A DNA stretch of 52,955 bases from Candidatus Saccharimonadota bacterium (GCA_017561835.1 JAFZBJ010000014.1:1-52955), one strand, 5' to 3'. Shown: positions 32,594 through 40,894, numbered from the stretch's first letter. Program-made: numbers and translations. Notes: generated by a model not told the origin, from the sequence alone.

Positions 32594-33669
32594 CGAAGAA
32601 AAAATTTAATTTTGAAATCATCAAAAAAGTTGCTCCGTATATTTTGTCGGCTGCGGTTGTTCTTGGTGTCGTAATTGTTGGTTCCGCCGACAAGCACAAA
32701 CCTGGCACCATCCGTAATTTTGATGTCTTCGCCGATAGCGACGCCCTTGTATCAACCGACCAATTAACAGAGTATTACATCGTCGCCAACCTTGCTGACA
32801 TTTTGAACCTCGCCAGCACCGACGATATGGCATCAAACTACGTGATCGCGAACGTGATGCACGAAGTGGGTCAAATTTCTGATGGTCACATCGAGAAAAA
32901 ATATACTCCAGACACCTCTAACCTCTCTCGTGGTGGTGTCTTTGAATACATCGTAAAAGAAGGCGAAACCATGCAGGATCTCGCCGCCCGGTATGGCCTT
33001 ACTACCGACCAAATCCGTTGGTCTAACAACCTCAAGACCACTGCTATTTCGGCTGGTACCAAACTTTATCTTTCTAAACAGCCTGGTATTGTTTATGTCG
33101 TGAAATCAACCGATACTATCGAAAGCATTGCTAGGACCTACGGTTCCAACGTTAAGGAAATCGAAACCTTGAACGACCTCGAAACCAGCGGTATCGCCGC
33201 CGGTATGCGCATTTTCATTAAAAACGGTACCTTGCCACTTAAAGAACGTCCAGAATATGTGGCGCCGGTTATCACCTACACCTATTCTTACTATGGTGAT
33301 ACATCCGAACGTAAGAATATCCAATCGCTTGGCTATCGTTATGGCCTTGGTGGTCCTTATGCACCTGGTCAATGTACGCAATGGGCTTGGCATAACCGCC
33401 AAGATTTGCCGCGCAACCTTGGTAACGCAAACGCCTGGGCTAGAAACGCTGCCGCCCAAGGCTTCCCAGTTAGCCGCAAACCAGCAGCAGGCGATATTTT
33501 CCAAACCGGCAGCGGTTGGTATGGCCACGTGGGTTATGTTGAAGCTGTAAACGGCGATGGTTCCATCGTCGTAACCGAGATGAATTACAACTACCGCGCT
33601 TACCACGTGATTCGCGCTACGATTCCCGCCGATAAGGTTGGCCGTTTCAACTATATCCATCGCAAATAG
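32590..33669 (+). CDS. LysM-LysM-CHAP peptidoglycan hydrolase
   Basis: N-terminal TM, two LysM repeats (YIVKEGET.., YVVKSTDT..) and CHAP motifs GQCTQW, LGNANAW, GHVGYVE, EMNY. Confidence 0.92.
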   Translation: MTKKKFNFEIIKKVAPYILSAAVVLGVVIVGSADKHKPGTIRNFDVFADSDALVSTDQLTEYYIVANLADILNLASTDDMASNYVIANVMHEVGQISDGHIEKKYTPDTSNLSRGGVFEYIVKEGETMQDLAARYGLTTDQIRWSNNLKTTAISAGTKLYLSKQPGIVYVVKSTDTIESIARTYGSNVKEIETLNDLETSGIAAGMRIFIKNGTLPLKERPEYVAPVITYTYSYYGDTSERKNIQSLGYRYGLGGPYAPGQCTQWAWHNRQDLPRNLGNANAWARNAAAQGFPVSRKPAAGDIFQTGSGWYGHVGYVEAVNGDGSIVVTEMNYNYRAYHVIRATIPADKVGRFNYIHRK

Positions 33670-33701
33670 TTTACTTTTTAGCATAAATATGTTATAAATA
33701 T

Positions 33702-33809
33702 AGAAGTCACTATCCTCTTTTTCGGACACACTTCGCCCTGCGGGCTCACGCTTCGCGAACAAGGCCGTTCGGCCAAGCTTATGGTCCTCAAAAGAGGGTA
33801 GTGACTTCT
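33702..33809 (+). ncRNA. putative ~105-nt structured RNA or palindromic element
   Basis: 20-bp terminal inverted repeat (one U.G on the + strand), inner ggac/gtcc stem and three GC mini-hairpins. TTTACT-17-TATAAA promoter at 33670-33698. Confidence 0.5.
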
Positions 33810-33838
33810 TATTAAAACAATAATGCTATAATTAAATT

Positions 33839-35233
33839 ATGTTCGTAGATACAGCTAAAGTTAATTTGAAAGCAGGAAAAGGCGGTGACGGCGCTGTATC
33901 TTTTCGCCACGAAATTTATATTCCAAAAGGTGGCCCAGATGGTGGCGACGGTGGCAAAGGCGGCTCAATTATTTTTAAGGCCGACAAAGACACCAACACT
34001 CTTCTTGATCTTAAATTTACCCCACTTTTAACCGCCGAAGAAGGCCGTAATGGCTCCGGCACCCGCTCCGCTGGCCGCAGCGGCAAAGACCTCATTGTAG
34101 AAGTGCCTATTGGCACAGTTGTATATAAGAGCGGCAAATCAGGTTCTTTCGCAGAGGATTCGGAGCGCGGCAGCGCGAGAACGAGCGCCGAAACCCCTGT
34201 GGCGACAGGGGTTTCGGACGCGCCTCGAGAAAGAATCCTGATTGCCGATCTTACACACGATGGGCAAGAGGCAGTTGTCGCCCGTGGTGGCGACGGTGGC
34301 TTTGGCAACGCCCACTTTAAATCTTCCACCCGCCAAGCTCCAATCATTGCTGAAGTTGGCGAACCGGGTGAAGAATTTGAAGCCGAAGTCGAGCTAAAAC
34401 TTCTGGCTGACGTTGGCCTCGTTGGCCTTCCTAACGCCGGTAAATCTACTTTTCTTTCCGTTGTCTCCAATGCTAAGCCAGAAATTGCCGATTATCCATT
34501 TACCACCCTTACACCAAATCTTGGTATGGCCACGATTGACGGCCAAGACATTTTAATCGCTGATATTCCAGGCCTCATCGAAGGCGCTGCCGACGGCAAA
34601 GGCCTCGGTCATGACTTCTTGCGCCACGTTGAACGTACCTCAGTTTTGTTGCACCTGGTTGACGTCTATAACGACGACGCCGGCGAAGCCTACAAAACTA
34701 TCCGCACTGAGCTTGAGAAATATTCCGATCTTAAGACCAGAGCCGAAATTGTCGCCCTTACTAAATGTGAAGGCGTAGACGAGGACATCGTTAAAATGCA
34801 AATGCAAAGCATTCTCGCTGTTAATCCAGACGCAAAAATCTTTACGATTTCAGCTGCCGCTCATCAGGGAATTACTGAACTTTTGCGCGAACTAAAAACC
34901 GTGATCGCTGAAACCAAGGCCGCCGCTGCAGCTGCCGCCGAAACAGAGGGTGAAACCGTTTCCGAAGAACTTCCAACTATCGCTTTGTCCGAAAAAGAAT
35001 ACAAAGACACCTGGAACATTGAGCAAACCGAAGATGGCAAATTTATTGTGACCGGAGAAAAAATCGAAAAATTCGCCCGCCGCACCGATCTAAATAATTA
35101 TGCATCCCTAAATCGCCTTCGCGACATCATGAAAAAGATGGGTATTAAGACCGAACTCACCACCAGAGGCGCCGTCCCTGAATCTATCATTTCGATCGCC
35201 GGCAAAGAATTTACTTTAGTAGAAGATTATTAA
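33839..35233 (+). CDS. obgE: GTPase ObgE/CgtA with an in-frame insertion
   Basis: MFVD..GKGGDG..FR.E..GGPDGGDGG, GLPNAGKST, YPFTT and DIPGLIEGA, plus a C-terminal extension domain. Confidence 0.97.
   Translation: MFVDTAKVNLKAGKGGDGAVSFRHEIYIPKGGPDGGDGGKGGSIIFKADKDTNTLLDLKFTPLLTAEEGRNGSGTRSAGRSGKDLIVEVPIGTVVYKSGKSGSFAEDSERGSARTSAETPVATGVSDAPRERILIADLTHDGQEAVVARGGDGGFGNAHFKSSTRQAPIIAEVGEPGEEFEAEVELKLLADVGLVGLPNAGKSTFLSVVSNAKPEIADYPFTTLTPNLGMATIDGQDILIADIPGLIEGAADGKGLGHDFLRHVERTSVLLHLVDVYNDDAGEAYKTIRTELEKYSDLKTRAEIVALTKCEGVDEDIVKMQMQSILAVNPDAKIFTISAAAHQGITELLRELKTVIAETKAAAAAAAETEGETVSEELPTIALSEKEYKDTWNIEQTEDGKFIVTGEKIEKFARRTDLNNYASLNRLRDIMKKMGIKTELTTRGAVPESIISIAGKEFTLVEDY
34133..34246. repeat. 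palindromic element inserted in frame in obgE
   Basis: Outer near-perfect inverted repeat ggcaaatcaggttctttc / gaaagaatcctgattgcc. Inner perfect 13-bp hairpin ccgaaacccctgt-ggcg-acaggggtttcgg. GC-rich relative to the gene. Confidence 0.8.
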
Positions 35234-35240
35234 AAAAGTG

Positions 35241-35280
35241 TTGACAAAATAAAGCTTATGCTTTATTATAAACATAAGCT
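35241..35280 (+). promoter_or_regulatory. sigma70 promoter with a palindrome over the -10 box
   Basis: TTGACA-17-TATTAT. Near-perfect palindrome agcttatg-c-tttat-t-ataaa-cataagct at 35253-35280. Confidence 0.7.
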
Positions 35281-35394
35281 GGTACGCTTCACGGGGTTCC
35301 ACTGAGCAATTAGTGGAGTGTGGAGACTTACATTAATAAAAACAAACAGCGGATTAAAACAAACCAATGTGCCCCAGGGTGGGTGCGCATCAGC
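35278..35394 (+). ncRNA. putative stand-alone structured ncRNA (~117 nt)
   Basis: Lies between a promoter and a terminator with no credible ORF. Nested pairings gctggtacgc/gcgcatcagc, ggggt/gcccc, tccact/agtgga and acatt/aatgt enclose an A-rich loop. Confidence 0.6.
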
Positions 35395-35396
35395 GC

Positions 35397-35430
35397 AAAA
35401 AAGAGGAGCGACGCGAGTCGCCTCTTTTTT
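35397..35430 (+). terminator. intrinsic terminator
   Basis: aaaaaagagg-a-gcgac-gcga-gtcgc-ctctttttt. Confidence 0.8.
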
Positions 35431-35459
35431 ATCTAGCAAAAAGATGTTATAATATGGAT

Positions 35460-36128
35460 ATGGCAAAAATCAAATTTACCATTATTACCTTGTTTCAAGA
35501 AGCGTTAGAGCCGTATCTGAATACTTCCATGATGTGGAAGGCCAAAGATAAGGGAATTGCTGAGTTTGATTTTGTGAACCTAAGAGAATATGGTCTTGGC
35601 CCACACAAATCCGTGGACGACACGCCATACGGTGGTGGCGACGGCATGTTGCTCCGCTGCGAACCAGTTTTTAACGCCATTGAAGACGTCAAGAAAAAAG
35701 ATCCAAAAGCCGAAGTCATCGTCCCAACCCCAGCTGGTAAATTATGGACTCAAGAAATGGCGCAACAATTCGCCGATGTTACCGAAGATAAACATTATAT
35801 TATTTTGTGCCCACATTACGAAGGTTATGACGAGAGAATTCTATCAATTGTAGACCACAAGATTTGCCTTGGCCCATACGTTTTGACCGGTGGTGAAATC
35901 CCAGCTCTCGCGATTATCGACTCCGTCGTACGCCTAATCCCAGGCGTGCTCGGCGGCGAAACCTCGGCAATCGTCGAAAGTTTCTCAGATGGCGACAACA
36001 TCGAATATCCTCAATACACCAAACCATACGACTTTCGTGGCATGACCGTGCCAGACATTTTGCTCTCCGGAAATCACGGTGAAATCGCCAAATGGCGCGC
36101 CGAAAACAGCAAAAACTTGCAAAAATAG
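35460..36128 (+). CDS. trmD: tRNA (guanine37-N1)-methyltransferase
   Basis: VDDTPYGGGDGML, HYEGYDER, YVLTGGE, EYPQYTKP and VPDILLSGNH motifs. Confidence 0.96.
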   Translation: MAKIKFTIITLFQEALEPYLNTSMMWKAKDKGIAEFDFVNLREYGLGPHKSVDDTPYGGGDGMLLRCEPVFNAIEDVKKKDPKAEVIVPTPAGKLWTQEMAQQFADVTEDKHYIILCPHYEGYDERILSIVDHKICLGPYVLTGGEIPALAIIDSVVRLIPGVLGGETSAIVESFSDGDNIEYPQYTKPYDFRGMTVPDILLSGNHGEIAKWRAENSKNLQK

Positions 36129-36145
36129 CAAATTTGTGCTATAAT
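36117..36145 (+). promoter_or_regulatory. orphan-cassette-type promoter overlapping the trmD stop
   Basis: TTGCAA-17-TATAAT, with tttgtgctataatta identical to the copy at 18952-18966. Confidence 0.7.
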
Positions 36146-36222
36146 TAGAAAGGATAGCGTGGGTGCGCTATTTTTTAATTTTTTTGACAAAAATTTTGTA
36201 GCTTAACAGGAGGTAGAGAGAG

Positions 36223-37398
36223 ATGATTCATTTATGGTTAATCATCATTGCCGGAGGACAAGGAACACGTCTGTTCTTGTACAGCAACAAGGACCGGCCG
36301 AAACAGTTTTGTTTATTAGGCAAAGGAAAAACCTTTATCCAGGATACGGTTGAAAGATTCTTGCTGTTTGGGATAGATCCTAAACACATTGTGGTTATCG
36401 TCACAAACGATACACAACGAAGTCGGGCTAAGGAGCAATTGATGGAACGTTACGGCGTACTATCGTCGAATATCGTCAAAATCTCCCCCAATCATGGGTA
36501 TGCCGGCGCTATGGTGGTTGCAACAAACCACGTATACGGATCAGACCCAAATGCGGTAGTGATATCAACACCATCCGATCAATCGGTGGATATCAACGAT
36601 AATTACTGCAAGGTTATCAATGCCGCTATCGAAGATGTCAGCAAAGATCCTAGCCACGTAGTATTTGTTGGAAAAGTAATCCCCAACAGTAGTACGGTCA
36701 AGGAGCTTGGAGTTTTTACTTATGAAGAAACTTCCGAAATCGTAGTTCCTATGAAAGACTTCTACGAAAAGCCGCAGGGTGAAGTTTTGAAGAAAGTTAT
36801 GCAAAGCGAATACGCTTGCAATACTGGCATTTCAATCTGGAGCAGTAACATTTTCAGACCTTGTCTCGAGTTGGAATCTAGAGAAATCGCAACCGATGAA
36901 CTTATCAACGAGTTACGATCTCGCACAAACGTCAATGTTGTAGTTGGCGACTTCCCATGGGACGACTGCGGAAACTTCGAGGCTCTTCACAGAGTTAACC
37001 GCCACAACAGTGGATCGGACGTCGTTGTCCTTGGCAACACTGAAAATGTTCTTTATGAAGATTGCCACAATGCGCTGCTAATCACCGACGCATCTCTCGA
37101 AATCAACGTCTACGGCGCATCAAATGTAGCCGTAATCGCCAGAGAGATTGATGCCCATTATTACCTGGAAGTAGCTGCATTCAACTATAACCAGGGAGTG
37201 GCAGAAGCAGCCAAAATTTTCGAAGAGAATATCGAGGCTTTCCGTGCCGGTATTACTCTGGGTGGCCGCAACAACGGCCTGACAACCCCGCGCGAAGACA
37301 TTTACCACGGCTGTTTTATAGGTGTGTCCAATTACAAAGTTCACACCTATGAACGTAAGAGCGGCAAACGTGGTTTCCAAATCACGTTTGGCTGCTAG
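36223..37398 (+). CDS. divergent mannose-1-phosphate guanylyltransferase-like sugar nucleotidyltransferase
   Basis: IIAGGQGTRL..S....PKQF, PSD, F.EKP, NTGI and WDDCGNF motifs. SD aggagg. Own promoter and terminator. Confidence 0.78.
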   Translation: MIHLWLIIIAGGQGTRLFLYSNKDRPKQFCLLGKGKTFIQDTVERFLLFGIDPKHIVVIVTNDTQRSRAKEQLMERYGVLSSNIVKISPNHGYAGAMVVATNHVYGSDPNAVVISTPSDQSVDINDNYCKVINAAIEDVSKDPSHVVFVGKVIPNSSTVKELGVFTYEETSEIVVPMKDFYEKPQGEVLKKVMQSEYACNTGISIWSSNIFRPCLELESREIATDELINELRSRTNVNVVVGDFPWDDCGNFEALHRVNRHNSGSDVVVLGNTENVLYEDCHNALLITDASLEINVYGASNVAVIAREIDAHYYLEVAAFNYNQGVAEAAKIFEENIEAFRAGITLGGRNNGLTTPREDIYHGCFIGVSNYKVHTYERKSGKRGFQITFGC

Positions 37399-37410
37399 CG
37401 CACCCAACGC

Positions 37411-37441
37411 AGACCCCTGCTCAACATGAGCAGGGGTTTTT
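37411..37441 (+). terminator. intrinsic terminator abutting the recG -10 box
   Basis: acccctgctca / tgagcaggggt plus T tract, immediately followed by tgctataat. Confidence 0.8.
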
Positions 37442-37455
37442 GCTATAATAAAAAC

Positions 37456-39471
37456 ATGGAGTTAGAGTCCTCAGTTGAGTTTCTAAAAGGCATCGGCCCA
37501 AAAACCGCTGTTATTCTCAAAAAAGCCGGTATCAAGACCGTGCGGGACTTTTTCTATAATCTGCCAAAAAGCTACGACAACTTTATGTCGCCAAGCAAAA
37601 TCAAGGATATCGAGCCGGGCAAAGTCGTAATTAAGGGTCACGTCACCGCGATGGTCAACCGCCGCGCACGTTTTCGCCGCCTCAACATTACCGAGGCCGT
37701 GATTCGCGACGACACCAGCGCCGTGCGCGCCGTTTGGTTTAATCAGGCCTACCGCGCCAAGCAATTCGCAGACAACAAAGAATACCTTTTTACAGGGGTA
37801 TTTGAACTCAAAAACGGGCGCTACCAACTTACTTCGCCTTCCGCCGTTCTAGCTAGCGAAGTGGTGGCCGGCGGCGGCTTTGAGCCGGTCTACGTGGCTC
37901 ACGGCAAGCTCAAAACCCACGATTTTAAGCGCCTAATGAATAATTCCCGCGCCGTGTTTAACGATATCCCAGATCTTTTGCCAACCGTTAAGCCCGGCAC
38001 CCGCAAAGAAGCCCTCTTTAATATTCATTTTCCAAAAACTGAAAAAGATATCGAATCGGCCCGTGAATATCTCTCTTACGAAGAACTTTTTGAACTGATT
38101 TTGGCCGCCAAACTCAACAAGCAAGAAACCAAAAAACTCACCGCCGCCGCGATTCCTTTTGATGCTACCAAGATTAAAGCCTTCACCGAAAAACTACCAT
38201 TCGCTTTGACCAATGCCCAGCGCCTAGCGGCCTGGGAAATCTTCCAGGACATGAGCAAAACTTCGCCAATGAACCGACTTTTGCAGGGCGATGTTGGTTC
38301 TGGTAAAACAGTGGTCGCCGCTCTCGCCGCCTATGCCGCCGCTCAAAGCGACAAACAAAGCGCGCTCCTAGCCCCTACCGCTATCCTCGCCACCCAGCAT
38401 TTTGAAAGCCTGAAAAAACTATTTGAGCCATTTAGCCTCAAAATCGCGCTCCTTACCGGCGCCACTAAAGGAAAGAACGCTTTAAAAACCGCTATTTTAA
38501 ATGGCGAAATTGATCTTGTGATTGGTACCCACGCGCTTTTAACGGACGACACCGAATTTAAGAATCTTTCGCTCGTGATTATCGACGAACAGCACCGTTT
38601 TGGCGTGGAACAACGCCAAAAACTTCTCTTAAAATCACCAAAAAACACCGCACCACATCTTCTCTCAATGACCGCGACACCAATCCCGCGCTCACTGCAG
38701 CTTACCGTGTTTGGCGATCTTGATGTTTCGATTTTAAACGAGCTCCCTAAGGGCCGCATCCCGATCGAAACCAAAATCATTACCGAGGTCCAGCAAAAAG
38801 AGCTTTTGTATCCAAAAATCACCGAAACCGCCAGCAAAAAGCAGCAAATCTATTGGATCTGCAAGGCTATCGACGACGACACAACCTCCGAAGTCACCTC
38901 GGTTAAGTCCCGCACCGAAAAGCTTAAAAAGATCTTTCCGAACCTGAACGTAGAATTCTTGCACGGCCGCATGAAGCCAGCCGAAAAAGATGAAATCATG
39001 GGGCGCTTCGCCGATGGTAAGATCGACATCCTGGTTTCTACCACCGTGGTAGAAGTCGGCGTGGACGTCAAAAACGCCACCTTGATGATTATCGAAGATG
39101 CCGAAAACTACGGTTTGGCTCAGCTTCACCAGCTACGTGGCCGCGTCGGTCGTGGCAGCGAAAAATCAAGCTGCTTCCTCCTTACCTCTGGCGACAACGA
39201 ACCGTCCCGCCGCTTAAAAGAACTCGAAAAATCCACCGATGGCTTTTATCTGGCTGAAGTAGACCTCAAAATGCGCGGCCCGGGCGAAATCTACGGCTCT
39301 TTGCAGCATGGCGTACTGGATCTTCGTATCGCCAACCTTGGCGACACCCGCCTCATCAAACGCGCCCAGGACGATGCCGTCCTATTCTTGCAAAATCCGG
39401 AAAATATGTTAAAATATAAAGAATTAATGTCTGGTATCAGCCATTATCAACAATTAACCACTCTAAACTAA
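37456..39471 (+). CDS. recG: ATP-dependent DNA helicase RecG
   Basis: RLLQGDVGSGKT, DEQHRFG, TATPIPR, QLHQLRGRVGR and DL..RGPGE motifs. Confidence 0.97.
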   Translation: MELESSVEFLKGIGPKTAVILKKAGIKTVRDFFYNLPKSYDNFMSPSKIKDIEPGKVVIKGHVTAMVNRRARFRRLNITEAVIRDDTSAVRAVWFNQAYRAKQFADNKEYLFTGVFELKNGRYQLTSPSAVLASEVVAGGGFEPVYVAHGKLKTHDFKRLMNNSRAVFNDIPDLLPTVKPGTRKEALFNIHFPKTEKDIESAREYLSYEELFELILAAKLNKQETKKLTAAAIPFDATKIKAFTEKLPFALTNAQRLAAWEIFQDMSKTSPMNRLLQGDVGSGKTVVAALAAYAAAQSDKQSALLAPTAILATQHFESLKKLFEPFSLKIALLTGATKGKNALKTAILNGEIDLVIGTHALLTDDTEFKNLSLVIIDEQHRFGVEQRQKLLLKSPKNTAPHLLSMTATPIPRSLQLTVFGDLDVSILNELPKGRIPIETKIITEVQQKELLYPKITETASKKQQIYWICKAIDDDTTSEVTSVKSRTEKLKKIFPNLNVEFLHGRMKPAEKDEIMGRFADGKIDILVSTTVVEVGVDVKNATLMIIEDAENYGLAQLHQLRGRVGRGSEKSSCFLLTSGDNEPSRRLKELEKSTDGFYLAEVDLKMRGPGEIYGSLQHGVLDLRIANLGDTRLIKRAQDDAVLFLQNPENMLKYKELMSGISHYQQLTTLN

Positions 39472-39995
39472 TGCAAGTAATCTCTGGAATCTATAAAAAC
39501 CGCAAGATCGAATCGCCAAATAGCGAATTGACTCACCCAATGGGCTCGCGCGAAAAAATGGCGCTATTCAACATGCTCCAACCATATCTAGAAGGAGCTA
39601 GCGTACTTGATGTTTTCGCCGGCTCCGGTGCGCTCGGTATCGAGGCACTCTCCCGCGGGGCCAGAAGCGTAGTTTTTGTAGAAAAATCTGCCAAAATTGC
39701 CAAAGTCATCAAAGCCAACTTAAAGGCTGTAGTAGAAGAAGCGAACGCGACCGTGGTTACAAGCGACATCAAAAACTTCGAGCCAAACCAAACCTTTGAT
39801 CTAATCATTGCTGATCCACCATACAATCTTTACGACCCTGCACTCATCGAACCGCTCTTAAACTATCTTAACGCCGGCGGCATTCTCGCACTTTCGCACC
39901 CAAAGGGAAGCGCCGTGCCAACCTTCGCGAATGCCTCACCTTTTAAAACTCATGCTTATTCAGGGGCGGAAATTTCCATTTTCGAAAAATTGTGA
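39471..39995 (+). CDS. rsmD: 16S rRNA m2G966 methyltransferase
   Basis: MQVISG, RE..ALFN, LDVFAGSGALGIEALSRGA and DPPY. Follows recG. Confidence 0.9.
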   Translation: MQVISGIYKNRKIESPNSELTHPMGSREKMALFNMLQPYLEGASVLDVFAGSGALGIEALSRGARSVVFVEKSAKIAKVIKANLKAVVEEANATVVTSDIKNFEPNQTFDLIIADPPYNLYDPALIEPLLNYLNAGGILALSHPKGSAVPTFANASPFKTHAYSGAEISIFEKL

Positions 39996-40021
39996 TATAA
40001 TTACTCCAAAAGGAGTTATTT

Positions 40022-40540
40022 ATGGGAAACAACCGTACTGTCGTGGTCGAGGAGAGGACTCGCCGCGGTCTCACCATCATCGCAATTATTGCTGCTGTTG
40101 TGATTCTATTTCTCATCATCGCAATCATTGCTGTTTCAACCAAAAAACCAAACATCGCCACCAGCGACAACGATTCGAGCAACGTCTCGGTGCGTTCAAC
40201 TTCCGTTAGTGACGGCAACACAACCGAAACCTACACAACCAAAACTGTAACCGATGCCAACGGTAACACCACCACAGAAACCAGCACTACCACCACTGAA
40301 AACGGTAGCAACCAAGGTGCAAACTCAAACACAAGTTCAAACGCAAACTCTAACTCTGGCTCAAACTCTAGCTCAGATTCAAACAGCGCAAATTCAAACA
40401 CTAACTATACTACGAACATCAGCGGCAAAGGCAACAACTTGCCAACCACCGGCCCAGAAGACGCACTTCCTGTTGCATTACTTCTCGGCAGCGCCGTAAT
40501 GTACGCATTATCATTCAAATTCGCAAAACGCGAAGCTTAA
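40022..40540 (+). CDS. Ser/Thr/Asn-rich surface protein with an LPXTG sorting signal
   Basis: N-terminal TM, low-complexity stalk, then LPTTG, a hydrophobic segment and a KFAKREA tail. Confidence 0.8.
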   Translation: MGNNRTVVVEERTRRGLTIIAIIAAVVILFLIIAIIAVSTKKPNIATSDNDSSNVSVRSTSVSDGNTTETYTTKTVTDANGNTTTETSTTTTENGSNQGANSNTSSNANSNSGSNSSSDSNSANSNTNYTTNISGKGNNLPTTGPEDALPVALLLGSAVMYALSFKFAKREA

Positions 40541-40547
40541 ATAAAAG

Positions 40548-40575
40548 AGCCACACTTAATAGGTGTGGCTTTTTT
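40548..40575 (+). terminator. intrinsic terminator
   Basis: agccacac / gtgtggct followed by a T tract. Confidence 0.8.
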
Positions 40576-40631
40576 GTGCTTAAGATGCTATAATCAAAAC
40601 ACGCCCGTTCTTAGAATGAACGACCAAATAC

Positions 40632-40716
40632 GCCCGGATGGTGAAATTGGTATACACGTATGCCTTAGGAGCATATGCCGCAAGGTGTGCAGGTTCAAGT
40701 CCTGTTCCGGGCACCA
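40632..40716 (+). tRNA. tRNA-Leu (anticodon UAG)
   Basis: Acceptor stem gcccgga/tccgggc with encoded ACCA end. Anticodon arm tatgc-cttagga-gcata, long variable arm and GTTCAAG T-loop. TGCTATAAT upstream. Confidence 0.96.
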
Positions 40717-40856
40717 AGCGAAACGAGCAAGCAAAAAAGCTCGCTTTTTTGTTTGCTCGTGAGCGCAGGTGCCCTAGCTTTTGCAACGCAAAAGCGTCGC
40801 ACCAGAGAATGTTGGGGGCGAAGCCGGCGTCGCACCAAAGCAAAAGCGTCGCACCA
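40717..40856 (+). repeat. tRNA trailer with a long hairpin and three gcgtcgcacca repeats
   Basis: Hairpin at 40723-40760. ggtgccc (40768-40774) is complementary to the tRNA 3' end. Repeats at 40794, 40827 and 40846. Confidence 0.75.
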
Positions 40857-40858
40857 AA

Positions 40859-40886
40859 CAAGAAAAAACCCAGGGAAACCCCTGGG
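40859..40886 (-). terminator. terminator, direct repeat of 41328-41357
   Basis: caagaaaaaa-cccaggg-aaac-ccctggg, giving a hairpin plus U tract on the minus strand. Confidence 0.75.
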
Positions 40887-40894
40887 CTTTAACA

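Noticed and set aside
33702-33809. SRP 4.5S RNA
   Set aside because: Right size, but the conserved helix-8 CAGG/GNRA/AGCA motif is missing on both strands. Kept as an unknown RNA.
35278-35430. T-box or tmRNA interpretation (agggtggg before a terminator; ggggt...gcccc)
   Set aside because: No GGTGGNACC T-box motif or matching antiterminator, no T-arm or CCA end, and trmD has its own promoter.
40788-40856. Triple repeat considered as a mini CRISPR array
   Set aside because: Repeats are only 11-17 nt with gaps of 22 and 8 nt, and no cas genes are present.
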